Of a DNA stretch of 64,000 nt, positions 49,190 through 60,925 are shown piece by piece. Under the pieces are notes generated by a model. That model did not search any database, was not told where the DNA came from, and worked only from the letters and a program-made list of their open reading frames with translations. The translations under genes and the position numbers were made by a program. Source of the stretch: Anthoceros angustus. Its lineage: Eukaryota > Plantae > Anthocerotophyta. Every line of letters starts with the position of its first letter. Positions within the stretch are counted from its first letter, which is position 1. The stretch covers positions 744,001-808,000 of the forward strand of contig MU008182.1 in assembly GCA_010909165.1 (NCBI GenBank), in the 5' to 3' direction.

Positions 49190-50043
49190 GATAATGTTTG
49201 GCAGCCTTCCCCGACTTCTGATGATGCAAGCTCTCTTCTCAAGTACAGTTTGTGGAGGAGAGGCGTCCATGCGCCATCTGCAAGATGAAAATGTCTTGTG
49301 CACGAGATGGTTGTAGCGGGCTGATGTGATTCCCTGTGAAGCTGATTATTACATCTGTAGATAAGATGACATGTCCAAGTTGTGTATGGCTAAGATTTCT
49401 CGGGTCTTTGGTGGCTTGTGTGCACCCGCTGGAGATGCGGATAAGGGAAAAAGCGAATAGGCCCGACAAAGACACGGTATGTATTTTCTTTGTCATTCGA
49501 TGAATCCTTAGAATATGTCCAGAGGTGATAAAGGCTAACATGAGTTTCCACTTGCATAAATTGCAGATGCAGCTTACTCAAAATGTAACAGGAGAAATGC
49601 TAATATCCCAACATGCAGAAACGTGGGCTACTACAAACCAAGCTTGTTGCCCCTAGGAGACCATGAGAAGAAAGTCTATGTTGTTACCCTAGAGAAGGAA
49701 ACTAGTCGAGGTGATGTGCCAAAAGCCTATGTTTGCGAGGAAACAGGGATCCATATGATGAAGATAGCCTGTCTGCCATGTGAGGAATTTCCAGGGCACA
49801 TGAAACACGTGTTTCGTAAGTGCCTCTGGTGTTAAGCTAATCTCGTTACTATAAAACTTTATTATATTACATATATATTATTTTATTATATTTAATATTA
49901 TATATGCCAAGAACTATAATGGCATTTTTGCAGGATGTGTGTGGACAATTAACGAGGAGGCTGAAAAAGATGACAACTCCCATTTCGAAATAGGAAGGCG
50001 GGAAAATGAAAAAATCCATTGGCACACTACAACTGGTCCATAA
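49190..50043 (+). pseudogene. Downstream spliced remnants of the host gene: Cys-rich PHD-like segment and further exons
   Basis: CAICKMKMSCARDGCSGLM*FPV...KMTCPSC at 49270-49383. Donor ACG|GTATGT at 49477, an exon about 49620-49815 (YYKPSLLPLGDHEKKVYVVTLEK...HVF|GTAAGT), and a TTTTTGCAG acceptor about 49933. Confidence 0.45.
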
Positions 50044-50329
50044 TTTATAACGAACAATGAGAATAAGCACATCTAGGTGCCCATAACTCATCAGGGCTAA
50101 CTTGTGACTCATCTGGTGCCTAGGCGGACTCCGAATCCATCACGATGGCCAAATTTTGAATCCACTCTAGTTCCCGTTCATCGAAGCTATTGTTCTCACC
50201 CAAAGCCCTTGAGTCTTCGTTCACGCTAGTGTCTGGACATTTATGAAGAGGAATAAACTTAAGTAATATTCCTGGGCTGTAATTATGAAATTAACTTAAT
50301 TCCGCCCACTAGCTGCTATGTGTGAGGTT

Positions 50330-51960
50330 AAGGTAGGGGTTTGGACATTAAGTCCATAATACCTAGACACTTCATGTGTTTCCTATGCAACTCACGACCT
50401 AATGATTTTATTAATAAATCAGCAGCATTATCTTTGGTTTGAATATAACTAATGTCTATTGTATTATCTTCTAACTTCTCTCTTATAAAATGATACTCAA
50501 CACCTACATGTTATGTCCTGGAGTGAAAAACAGGGTTTCTAGCTAATGCAATAGCACCCTGACTATCACTAAATAAAATTGTAGGCTTAAGTTGAAGATG
50601 CTGGAGTTCGCCTAAAATTAATCGACTCCACACTATATCCTTAGTTGCTGAGGTTAATACTCTATACTCAGATTCAGTACTAGATAGGGCAATGGTAAGA
50701 TGTTTCTTCTTGACCAGGATATGGGAGCTCCTCCTAAAAGTAATACATAACCTGATACGGATTTGCGTGAGTCAGGATTACCAGCATAGTCAGCATCAGC
50801 ATAAGCTGTTAATATTAACTTCTCAATGCCGGGTGTATGGTTGAACATTAGTCCTATCTGCATAGTCCTCTTCAAATATCTGAAGATGCGCTTAACTGTT
50901 GTCCAATGCTCACGTCCGGGATTCTCCAAAAATTGAGAGCAGGAGCTTACTTCAAAAGCAATATCTGGTCTAGTAAAATTACTCAAATATATAAGGGTGC
51001 CAATAGCATGTCGATATGGAACTACTGACATCTCTAACTTCTCTTCGGCTGTCTTGGGACTCATATTAGAAGTAAGCCTAACTCCACTAGCAAAAGGTGT
51101 AGGGGCCGAATTAGCATCCTCAAGACCAAACTTAACTAAACATTCTTTAATGTACTTAGTTTGTACAATGCTTAAAGTCTTATCATTACGACTTCTAATG
51201 ATATTAACTCCTAATGCAAATGTCATCTCTCCTAAATCAGACATTTCAAACAGAGTCCTCAACCAGGTCTTTGTTTCTGCTAGGAGAGTAGGAGAGGATG
51301 TGGCCATAAACACATCATCAACATATAATAGGAGATAAAATATATCTTTACCAAATATAAGAATATATAAACAAGCGTCGGCTTGACTGTGTTTAAATCC
51401 TCTGCCGACAAGTTGCACATGAATAGTTAAGTTCCAATTCTTGCCTGAATGCTTGAGGGCATAAAGGCCTTTAATAAGTCGGCATACCCAATCCTCTTTG
51501 TCTTTAACTTCGTAACCCTCAGGTTGTCTCATGTATATTTCTTCTTTCAAGCGCCCATATAAATATGCCTCTTTACATCCATCATATGGAGTTCAAGATC
51601 AAATTGGGTAGTTAAAGCAAATATCATTCGAAGTGTGGCAAACTTGGCTACTGGGGCATAAGTAGCCCAAGGTATGTAATCCAAACCAGGAACTTGAGTA
51701 AAACCTCTGGCAACTAAACGTGCCTTATATCTCTCAATGGAACCATCTCCTTTTCTCTTAGTTTTAAATACCCATTCTAGTAACTATCTTCCTTTCATTA
51801 GGTGGTTTGACTAATTTCTATGTTGAGTTATTAATTAAGGAATTATACTCAGAATCTACAGCTATCTTCCATAAGTCTTTTTCAGGAGAAGAGAAAGCTT
51901 GTTTTAAGGTAAGTGGTTCTTATGGGTTAAGAGTAACTTTATAGATAGCTTGAGCATAAT
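50330..51960 (-). mobile_element. Ty1/copia pol remnant (RT + RNase H), degenerate, LTRs not identified
   Basis: RYKARLVARGFTQVPG, EEIYMRQPEGY, LLLYVDD, YADADYAGNPDSRKSVSGY, IALSSTESEY and NPVFHSRT*HV, with stops and frameshifts. Confidence 0.95.
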
Positions 51961-52494
51961 GGGATAATGGAAGGATAGGATCATCAAAGATTCCGTGTGG
52001 CCTGCAACGGCCGTGTTATTAGCCGGCCTTTGCATGTTCATCCTTCACGCTCGAAGGACATCCTATGAAGACTGTAACAATTGAGATGTACTTTCAACTC
52101 AAGTTTTCATTTCAGTTTTTAGGCTCCTATTTCTCATTACGTGGGAATTATGCTTACCTGCCTAGTTCGTTAGGTAGCTAGTTTTTCACCCCTACTTCAT
52201 AGTGAGTGGGAGTGATGAAATACTTTAATTATTAGGGCACTATTCATTAGGGCTCTTATAAATCCCTAGAATTAATAATTAATTAATTCTTAGGGTTAGA
52301 AGTAGTTTCATTAGTTATTTATGGTTAATTGGTTACAACAACCTATAACAACCTACTTCATATAAACTCAATGTACTTTCTATTATGTTGATCAATGCAT
52401 AAGATCCTTTGAAAGTCCTTAATTCTCTTCAATAAGGGGGTTCAGAATCCAAAAATGGGGTTCTGATATTCACCCCCTTCAAAAAAAATACCCT

Positions 52495-53040
52495 GTCTAG
52501 TCCAGAAACATCGCAATGTATGAGCTATGGATCCAAACTATACAGTGTCCAACTTTACAACTTCTCCCAAATAATACTGGATTTCCTCGAAATCCTGTCT
52601 CAGTTCAACCCTTTAATCCATATGAGAATCTACATTCTCAATCAAATATCCACATTCCTTCGTTTGGTGTCTTTGTATGAAATTCAAGATCCTTATCAGT
52701 TCATAAAATAATGATGACCTACAGTCCATCAATCCTCTTCCTCCCGGCCATAAATTGCCCTTGGCATTCCCATCCAGCTATCACAACGTCAATCTCTTCG
52801 ATCAACTGAAATTGTTTTGGCCCAACAAGTCTTATATCTTGAAGCCAGATAAAAAAAGATTGTTGTGCAGCTTCAAATCATGTGGGTAGGGTACTTCCTA
52901 GACAACTCTACCACCCTAGTTTTTGCAATAGCCTGGCAGAATTCATCAGGATCACAATAAATAAATTGCTTCACTACATAACCAGCAGCGAAGATAGCTT
53001 CTAATCCAAATGGAATTCTAGCAAAAAGTTCAAGGACAAT
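52495..53040 (-). pseudogene. C5-cytosine DNA methyltransferase relic with a WECQ catalytic motif (candidate transposon-borne DNMT)
   Basis: Motif I IVLELFARIPFGLEAIFAAGYVVKQFIYCDPD from 53040. Motif IV IDVVIAGWECQG (WECQ at 52772-52761), then GLMDCRSSLFYELIRIL. Motif VI GYLIENV (52639-52631). Motif VIII-like LDTV*FGSIAHTLRCFW. Two frameshifts and two in-frame stops. Confidence 0.85.
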
Positions 53041-53632
53041 CAGTGCATGCACAGACGAACAGGTTCAAGCCTACAAATTATTTGCTTGGTACAAGTTTGG
53101 ATCTTTTCATCCAATCGCAATTCATTTTGCCGTTTCTCAAGCTCTCTAAATAAGCTGGCTAAAGCATTACTGACATCTGTCTTCATTCTATCATCAAGAG
53201 TCTCAATACTACAACATTCCTTGTAATCTTCAAGCTTATGCATGTCTTGCATTATGTACAATAAATTTTCTCATTCATCGTCATCTTCTCTATCAAACAA
53301 ACTCACCATGTTGGCTACACATACCTCATGCTCTTCGTCTTTCCATTGTAGATCAAGTGGTATTGTTGCCAAAGTTGTTCCATCACCTGCTTGCCAACCA
53401 TGTCGATAGTACAAATTCTCAATCCATAGGTCTACACCTCTTCCAGGTGCGTACATACATATAGCTTATGTTCCTAAGATGACATCAAAGTTTAAGACCT
53501 CACCACCAAACATCTAACACACAATTGTAAGTTCTCTTCTGTTCTTGGCTTGAAACACAAGTGTAATTTTCTTCTAGTTTCCCCCATAACTGCCTCTAAC
53601 CTTCCATTAGCCGTTTTAATCTTCCACTTTGT

Positions 53633-54625
53633 CAATCATAGCCCAAATAGGTACCATGCCTACCATGTACAAGGCCAGCTTGTTTACGAATCTAGGACAT
53701 GGGCCATCGAGAAAGAAATAGGGCATTGCCGAATTTCCTTTGGGTCGGTCTTCGCCAGCCTCTCTTTCTCCTCTCTATGGTGTTTAAATATATTCTTGTA
53801 CTTGGGCATGGCCTGGATAAGAAGGTGGTCAACATGTTAAACATTGGAGAGAGATTCTGAGGTGGTTTTTGTCTACCCTTCGTTCAATTTTACGATTCTA
53901 TGTGGGAGCTTACAAATCACTTGGTCATGGATCTGCAAACATGATGTGCTAATCGCTCTTGGTATAAGTGTTGCTTACTTTAATTCCATTTATGTTGTTC
54001 TTGATACAGAGACCTCTCAAACTTTGCAGCACCGATTTTTGACACTAATGCCATGCTTATCTCCTTCATACTCCGTGGGAAGTACTAGGAGATTCTTGCC
54101 AAGGAAAACCTTAGAAGAGTATGCTCACGGAGAACCAAGGCCGGTGCAAAGGTGGTTGGTGACAAGGTTATGGGTGGTACCATGAGCGAGAATGGGGTGC
54201 TATTTAAGGGCCACCCATGTTGGTTCGAGACCTTATCACGATAGTGAGGCTGGTGGAGACAACAGATGGCAAAGGCATCGGGTACACAAGCTGCGGATCG
54301 GATCTCAAGTATTTTGTACCGGTAAGCATGATTTGCTAAAAGTTTTCATTTCATGTTTACGCAAGAATGGCCGACGTGAACTATCCAAGTCTCTATGGCG
54401 AAAGGCATCGTTGTGTTTTGGAGTTGATAAAACAAGAACTAATGAGCCATTCTTGTGGTGAAGGTAGTAGTGGTGCATTCTTTACATGGTCAATGGTATG
54501 TAGGGGAAGGTGGCTCTTACCAAGTCTTGGATCCCATCGTCTATGTATGAGTTTGAGGTGGTACTTCAATACGGAATCTCGGTATTAGTCATTGCGTGTT
54601 GTGTGCCTTGGGTTTGGCTACATCA
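53633..54625 (+). pseudogene. HMA5: HMA5-like ATPase N-terminal/TM1-TM6 fragment in the left arm of the inverted repeat
   Basis: DVLIALGISVAYF, GDKV.GGT, KLADRISKYFVP|intron and GISVLVIAC.CALGLAT, with many frameshifts. Confidence 0.8.
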
Positions 54626-55184
54626 AGCTGTATGAGAAAAGACATGAAAGTGAGACCTAGACTACCTTATATTTTGTACGTGCGAAAGAGCGGTACGATT
54701 TATAATTATGATCACTGGGCACATAATAACACAACTTTTCACATATTTCCATCCTCATGGTTGTACACAGTACAATTAAAGAATCCTATATACTTGATCG
54801 AAATGATTTTTCCTAGCAATAGGTTAAGCTTTATTATGCAAATCATACAAGACAGAAAGCTCAACAACTAGCTACTAGCCTTCAAGAAAGCGTAAAGAGG
54901 ATCTCCCTCTTTTGCGTTATCGAACTCAAAAGAAACAAAGCCGCAAATTTAAGTGTGAGCGTCCAACAACTTTAGGGGTTAGGTAGGATCGCAGGCCCAT
55001 TGAGAAATTTCTCAACTAGTTTCTCGAGCAAAAGAACTCTAGACACCTATCACTTAATCAAGGAAAATTTGGAATTTAATGAATCAAGTTATTCCACTTA
55101 GTTTTGATTATCTTTGCATTGAAAGTTATCATCATCATTGCATTGATTTATTTTTGCGGCGTCGTGTTGCATCCCTTAGTGCAG

Positions 55185-56375
55185 GATGCTTGCCTAATAT
55201 ATATGACGATATTCTTCAATTTTAGTCATTTCAAGCACGTTTGGGTTGCACATGTCATCCAAATATAGTTCTAGTGGAAAATTTAAGATGATCTTATACG
55301 GCTCATTGGCACGTGATCTCGTCCATCATTAACTCGTATTCCACATAGATACATCTTAATTTTCATCTTATCGATGCATATGCAGCTTGTTTTGGCGTAT
55401 GTAGCGCCACAATAACATTGTTTCCCAAATGATTTCGTTTTCACATGGTTGTACACTTTGGTTGCAACTTCTTCTTGTTGACGACTTGAGGAGATGAATG
55501 TTCCTCATCGGTTGAAGTAGGGCACCATATATAACAATCAAATGTGCCAATATTTTTATTGACACTAACTCCTTGATATTGTTCCTCATCTTCATTGACA
55601 CTTTTTATTAGTGCATATTTTGTGTCAACCATTTCACGCATGTGGTTCCGGATAGATGCCCTTAGACTAATATCTTGACGGACCTAGTTGGCCTAATAGG
55701 CTTCAATTGTTACAGGCGTCTTTGGACTGCACTTTCTTTATATTCGATCCAATTGCAAGGTGATTGGATGAAGTTGATGCTTCGTCTAATATATATTGTG
55801 ATATTCTTCAATTTTAGTCATTTCAAGCACGTTTGGGTTGCACATGTCATCCAAATATAGTTCTAGTGGAAAATTTAAGATGATCTTATACGGCTCATTG
55901 GCACGTGATCTCGTCCATCATTAACTTTACTCCACATAGATACATCTTAATTTTCATCTTATCGATGCATATGCAGCTTGTTTTGCGGGGCGATGCTTCC
56001 CACAATAGCATTGTTTCCCAAATGATTTCGTTTTCACACATGGTTGTACACTTTGGTTGCAACTTCTTCTTGTTAGACGACTTGAGGAGATGAATGTTCC
56101 TCATCGGTTGAAGTAGGGCACCATATATAACAATCAAATGTGCCAATATTTTTATTGACACTAACTCCTTGATATTGTTCCTCATCTTCATTGACACTTT
56201 TTATTAGTGCATATTTTGTGTCAACCATTTCACGCATGTGGTTCGAGATAGATGCCCTTAGACTAATATCTTGACTTGACCTAGTTGGCCTAATAGGCTT
56301 CAATTGTTACAGGCGTCTTTGGACTTCCCGTGCACTTTCTTTATATTCGATCCAATTGCAATTTGGATGAAGTTA
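55185..56375. repeat. Tandem duplication (about 590-600 bp units) within the left arm
   Basis: Junction at about 55776 (GTTGATGCTTCGT) falls on a GAYGCTTCGT microhomology visible in the single-copy right arm. Confidence 0.8.
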
Positions 56376-59300
56376 GCAACCGTGTGCTCAAGTTTGGATG
56401 GTTGGTATACTTGATCCATGGATTCAAAATGCACATCGGTGCATTCGCGATCCACGTTCTTTCTGCATGACTTGGGTCCTTTACCCACTCGGCATGTGAA
56501 ACACGAATTGTTAGAGGCTCATTCATGGATGCAAGTGTTGAAATAATCTTTGGTTACAATATCTATAAATTCCCGACTAGATGGTGGTATATAGTCGATC
56601 CGGGGCAAACATCCTTGTGGACATTTCTACGTGTCTAAGTCGATGTATACATATACTCATCGTTTGATATGTACTCTTCTTCCTTTGATTCCTCGCTATC
56701 CAAGCGCCCTTTTCCCTTTGATTCTCGACAAGCGCCTTTTCCTTTGATTCCTCGACAAGCCCCTTTTCCTGATTCTTCCTCGCCGCCTCGACAAGCCCCT
56801 TTTCTGTGATTCCTCCTCGCTCGACAAGCACCCTTTTCCTTGATTCCTCGTCGACAAGCACCCTTTTCCCTTTGATTCCGCCCCGACAGCGCCCTTTTCC
56901 CTTTGATTCTCTGCGATAAGCGCCCTTTTCCCTTTGATTCACTGTCTAACAAGCGCCCTTTTCCTTTGATTCCTCGACAAGCGCCCTTTTCCCTTTGATT
57001 CTCGTACGATAAGCGCCCTTTTCCTTTGATTCCTCATAACAGCGCCCTTTTCCTTTGATTCCTCATTGTCGACAAGCCCCTTTTCCTGTGATTCCTCACC
57101 ATGTTCCATGTTGCACCCTCCTTCCTGATTCTCGCTTGACATGTACCCTTTTCCTTTAATTCCTTGATGTCAAACATCCTCCACGCTCTTTCCTCCGATA
57201 CCTCAGTCGTCACACCCTTTTCCCTCTCGATTCCCGGGTGATTTACAAGTAATATTATGCTACGGTTTCACGCTAAAATGGAGTGAGAAGGAATTCTAGT
57301 AAAGACCAATGGGCGAGTCACTTGTCCCTTAATTAAAAGTAATGCCTAATGATGCATACATATAATAGTGATTGTTTTAAGAATTAGTGAAAATCTCAAA
57401 ATTCAAGCTCATGTAGTCACTTGTACTTTGTCTTAATAAGTAGTGCCTAAGGATACACACATATATAGTGGTCTTTTTAAGTTTACCAAAAATCTCGGAT
57501 CCAAGGCCATATCGAGAAGTTCTTAATGTAAATATATCGAACTCAAGGACCATTTTACGAGGACTTTGACAAATTCACAAGTCTTGTGCCAAAGCTTACC
57601 ATGCGAGACATAGTGTGAATCCCTCTCTTACAGATACTGACGGGGTTTCTATTGCTCTTCAAGCGCTCTCAAGCGATTCTCCATAAGGCGGCGGTGGGTG
57701 ATTCCTTTTCTTCTTCCTCCGTGGTTTGCGGGCCGTTTATTCTACCTACATATGACATTGTGGGTGCATTGGTCACTTTAGGTAGGGAGCTCGGTTGCTC
57801 CTCTTCACTCCGACCCCGGTCCCCATTTGTTGTCCCTCCTAGATGGTCTCTTTCCATTGTTTCCCAAATGATTTCGTTTTCACACATGGTTGTACACTTT
57901 GGTTGCAACTTCTTCTTGTTGACGACTTGAGGAGATGAATGTTCCTCATCGGTTGAAGTAGGGCACCATATATAACAATCAAATGTGCCAATATTTTTAT
58001 TGACACTAACTCCTTGATATTGTTCCTCATCTTCATTGACACTTTTTATTAGTGCATATTTTGTGTCAACCATTTCACGCATGTGGTTCCGGATAGATGC
58101 CCTTAGACTAATATCTTGACTTGACCTAGTTGGCCTAATAGGCTTCAATTGTTACAGGCGTCTTTGGACTTCCCACTTTCTTTATATTCGATCCAATTGG
58201 TGATTGGATGAAGTTAGCAACCGTGTGCTCCAAGTTTGGATGGTTGGTATACTTGATCCATGGATTCAAAATGCACATCGGTGCATTCGCGATCCACGTT
58301 CTTTACTGCAGACTTGGGTCCTTTACCCACTCGGCATGTGAAACACGAATTGTTAGAGGCTCATTCATGGATGCAAGTGTTGAAATAATCTTTGGATTTA
58401 CAATATCTATAAATTCCCGACTAGATGGTGGTATAGTCGATCCGGGCGCAAACATCCTTGTGGACATTTCTACGTGTCTAAGTCGATGTATACATATACT
58501 CATCGTTTGATATGTACTCTTCTTTGATTCCTCGCTATCCAAGCGCCTTTTCCCTTTGATTCCTCGTCGACAAGCGCCCTTTTCCTTGATTCTCGTCGAC
58601 AAGCCCCCCTGATTCTTCCTCGTCGACAAGCCCCTTCCTCCGTCGACCCCACCCTTTTCCTTGATTCCTCGGTCGACAAGCACCCTTTTCCCTTTGATTC
58701 CTCGACAAGCGCCCTTTTCCCTTTGATTCCTCGACGATAAGCGCCCTTTTCCCTTTGATTCCTCATGTCTAACAAGCGCCCTTTTCCCTTTGATTCCTCG
58801 CCGACAAGCCCCTTTTCCTGTGATTCCTCACCATGTTCCATGTTGCACCCTCCTTCCTCGGATTCCTCGCCGCTTGACATGTACCCTTTTCCCTTTAATT
58901 CCTTGATGTCAAACATCCTCCACGCTCTTTCCTCCGATACCTCGCTGTCTGACCGTCACCCTTTTCCCTCTGATTCCCAGGTGATTTACAAAGTAATATT
59001 ATGCTACAGGTTTCACGCGCTAAAATGGAGTGAGAAGGAATTCTAGCAAAGACCAATGGGCAGAGTCACTTGTCCCTTAATTAAAAGTAATGCCTAATGA
59101 TGCATACATATAATAGTGATTGTTTTAAGAATTAGTGAAAATCTCAAAATTCAAGCTCATGTAGTCACTTGTACTTTGTCTTAATAAGTAGTGCCTAAGG
59201 ATACACACATATATAGTGGTCTTTTTAAGTTTACCAAAAATCTCGGATCCAAGGCCATATCGAGAAGTTCTTAATGTAAATATATCGAAACTCAAGGACC

Positions 59301-59619
59301 ATTTTTACTGAGGACTTTGACAAATTCACAAGTCTTGTGCCAAAGCTTACCATGCGAGACATAGTGTGAATCCCTCTCTTACAGATACTGACGGGGTTTC
59401 TATTGCTCTTCAAGCGCTCTCAAGCGATTCTCCATAAGGCGGCGACGGTGGGTGATTCCTTTTCTTCTTCCTCCGTGGTTTGCAGGCCGTTTATTCTACC
59501 TACATATGACATTGTGGGTGCAGTTGGTCACTTTAGGTAGGGAGCTCAGTTGCTCCTCTTCACTCCGACCCCCGGGTCCCCATTTGTTGTCCCCTCCTAG
59601 ATGGTCTCTTTCCATTGTT
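56009..59619. repeat. Tandem duplication (units of 1846 and 1758 bp) bounded by CATTGTT microhomology
   Basis: CATTGTT occurs at 56009-56015, 57855-57861 and 59613-59619. Confidence 0.88.
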
Positions 59620-60925
59620 CTTTCACCTCAATAAATCATCCACATTTTATACCTAAATACATTAGTAGAAAAGACCATTGTCCTATTGTGGTGGAAACTT
59701 GGTGCAGACTTAGGCGCTGATTCGCTCCAATAACAGATGTTGTTGAGCATTGCGGTCCTCCAGGTACTAGTTGTAAACCAAGCAGCCACATGGTAAGTGG
59801 ATCTGCAAGAAAAGTCCCAAGCACGGAGAAAGGAGAAGCGCGGGCAAGGAGACGCACGACCAAGAAGCTGGGAAGGTACCGCGAAGCGCCATGGGATGCC
59901 CTCAAAAAAATTAGAAGTAAAGGGTTTGATCCAGTTGCCATAGACACCCAACCTATTATTTATCACATGAAATGTGTACGGCATCCGTTACTTGTTCCGG
60001 TGCCTCGACCGACCAAGAAGGCTGGGAAGGTACTGCTGCGCCATGGGATGCCCTCAAAAATTAGAAGTAAAGGGTTTGATCCGGTTGCCATGGACACCCA
60101 ACCTATTATTTATCACATGAAATGTACGGCATCCGTTTTTGCCCCGGTCTCGGCACTGAGAAATTCCATGTTCTTAAAACAAGGACCTAGAGTACACTCA
60201 CCGTAAACGAACATTCATTTACTCATTCTATGATGTTTGAGTTTTTCTCGCCATGTCGGCTTTTCTTCTCAGTTCGGATTCGAATCCATGCTAAGTTGAT
60301 TTTCGAGAAAAGTGGAAGTAAATAAAAAAAGCGGAGAGAACCCAAAATCAAGGAAACTTCACGTTAAGAAGGTCACTTTTGGTCCACAAGCCGAGGGCAG
60401 GTATTATCAAAGGAATATAAAACCTAAATATAGATTATTCTTATTTTAGATATGTTTTGGAACTTTAACAACTTTTAATCCTTGAAATTGAAAATTTTAT
60501 AAAAGTAATATCCAAAATTATTTTCTACCAATTTATTTAGGTATAAATGGTCCTTGAGTTTCGATATATTTACATTAAGAACTTCTCGATATGGCCTTGG
60601 ATCCTGAGATTTTTTGGTAAACTTAAAAAAGACCACTATATATGTGTGTATCCTTAGGCACTACTTATTAAGACAAAGTACAAGTGACTACATGAGCTTG
60701 AATTTTGAGATTTTCACTAATTCTTAAAACAATCACTATTATATGTATGCATCATTAGGCATTACTTTTAATTAAGGGACAAGTGACTCACGCCCATTGG
60801 TCTTGGCTAGAATTCCTTCTCACTCCATTTTAGCGTGAAACCTGAGCATAATATTACTTTGTAAATCACACAGGAATGAGGAAAAGGGTGCCAGTCGAGA
60901 GGTATCGGAGGAAAGAGCGTGGAGG

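Noticed and set aside
52190-52500. Possible LTR fragment after AGTGGGAG|TGATG
   Set aside because: There is no partner LTR or TSD in the window, so boundaries cannot be supported.
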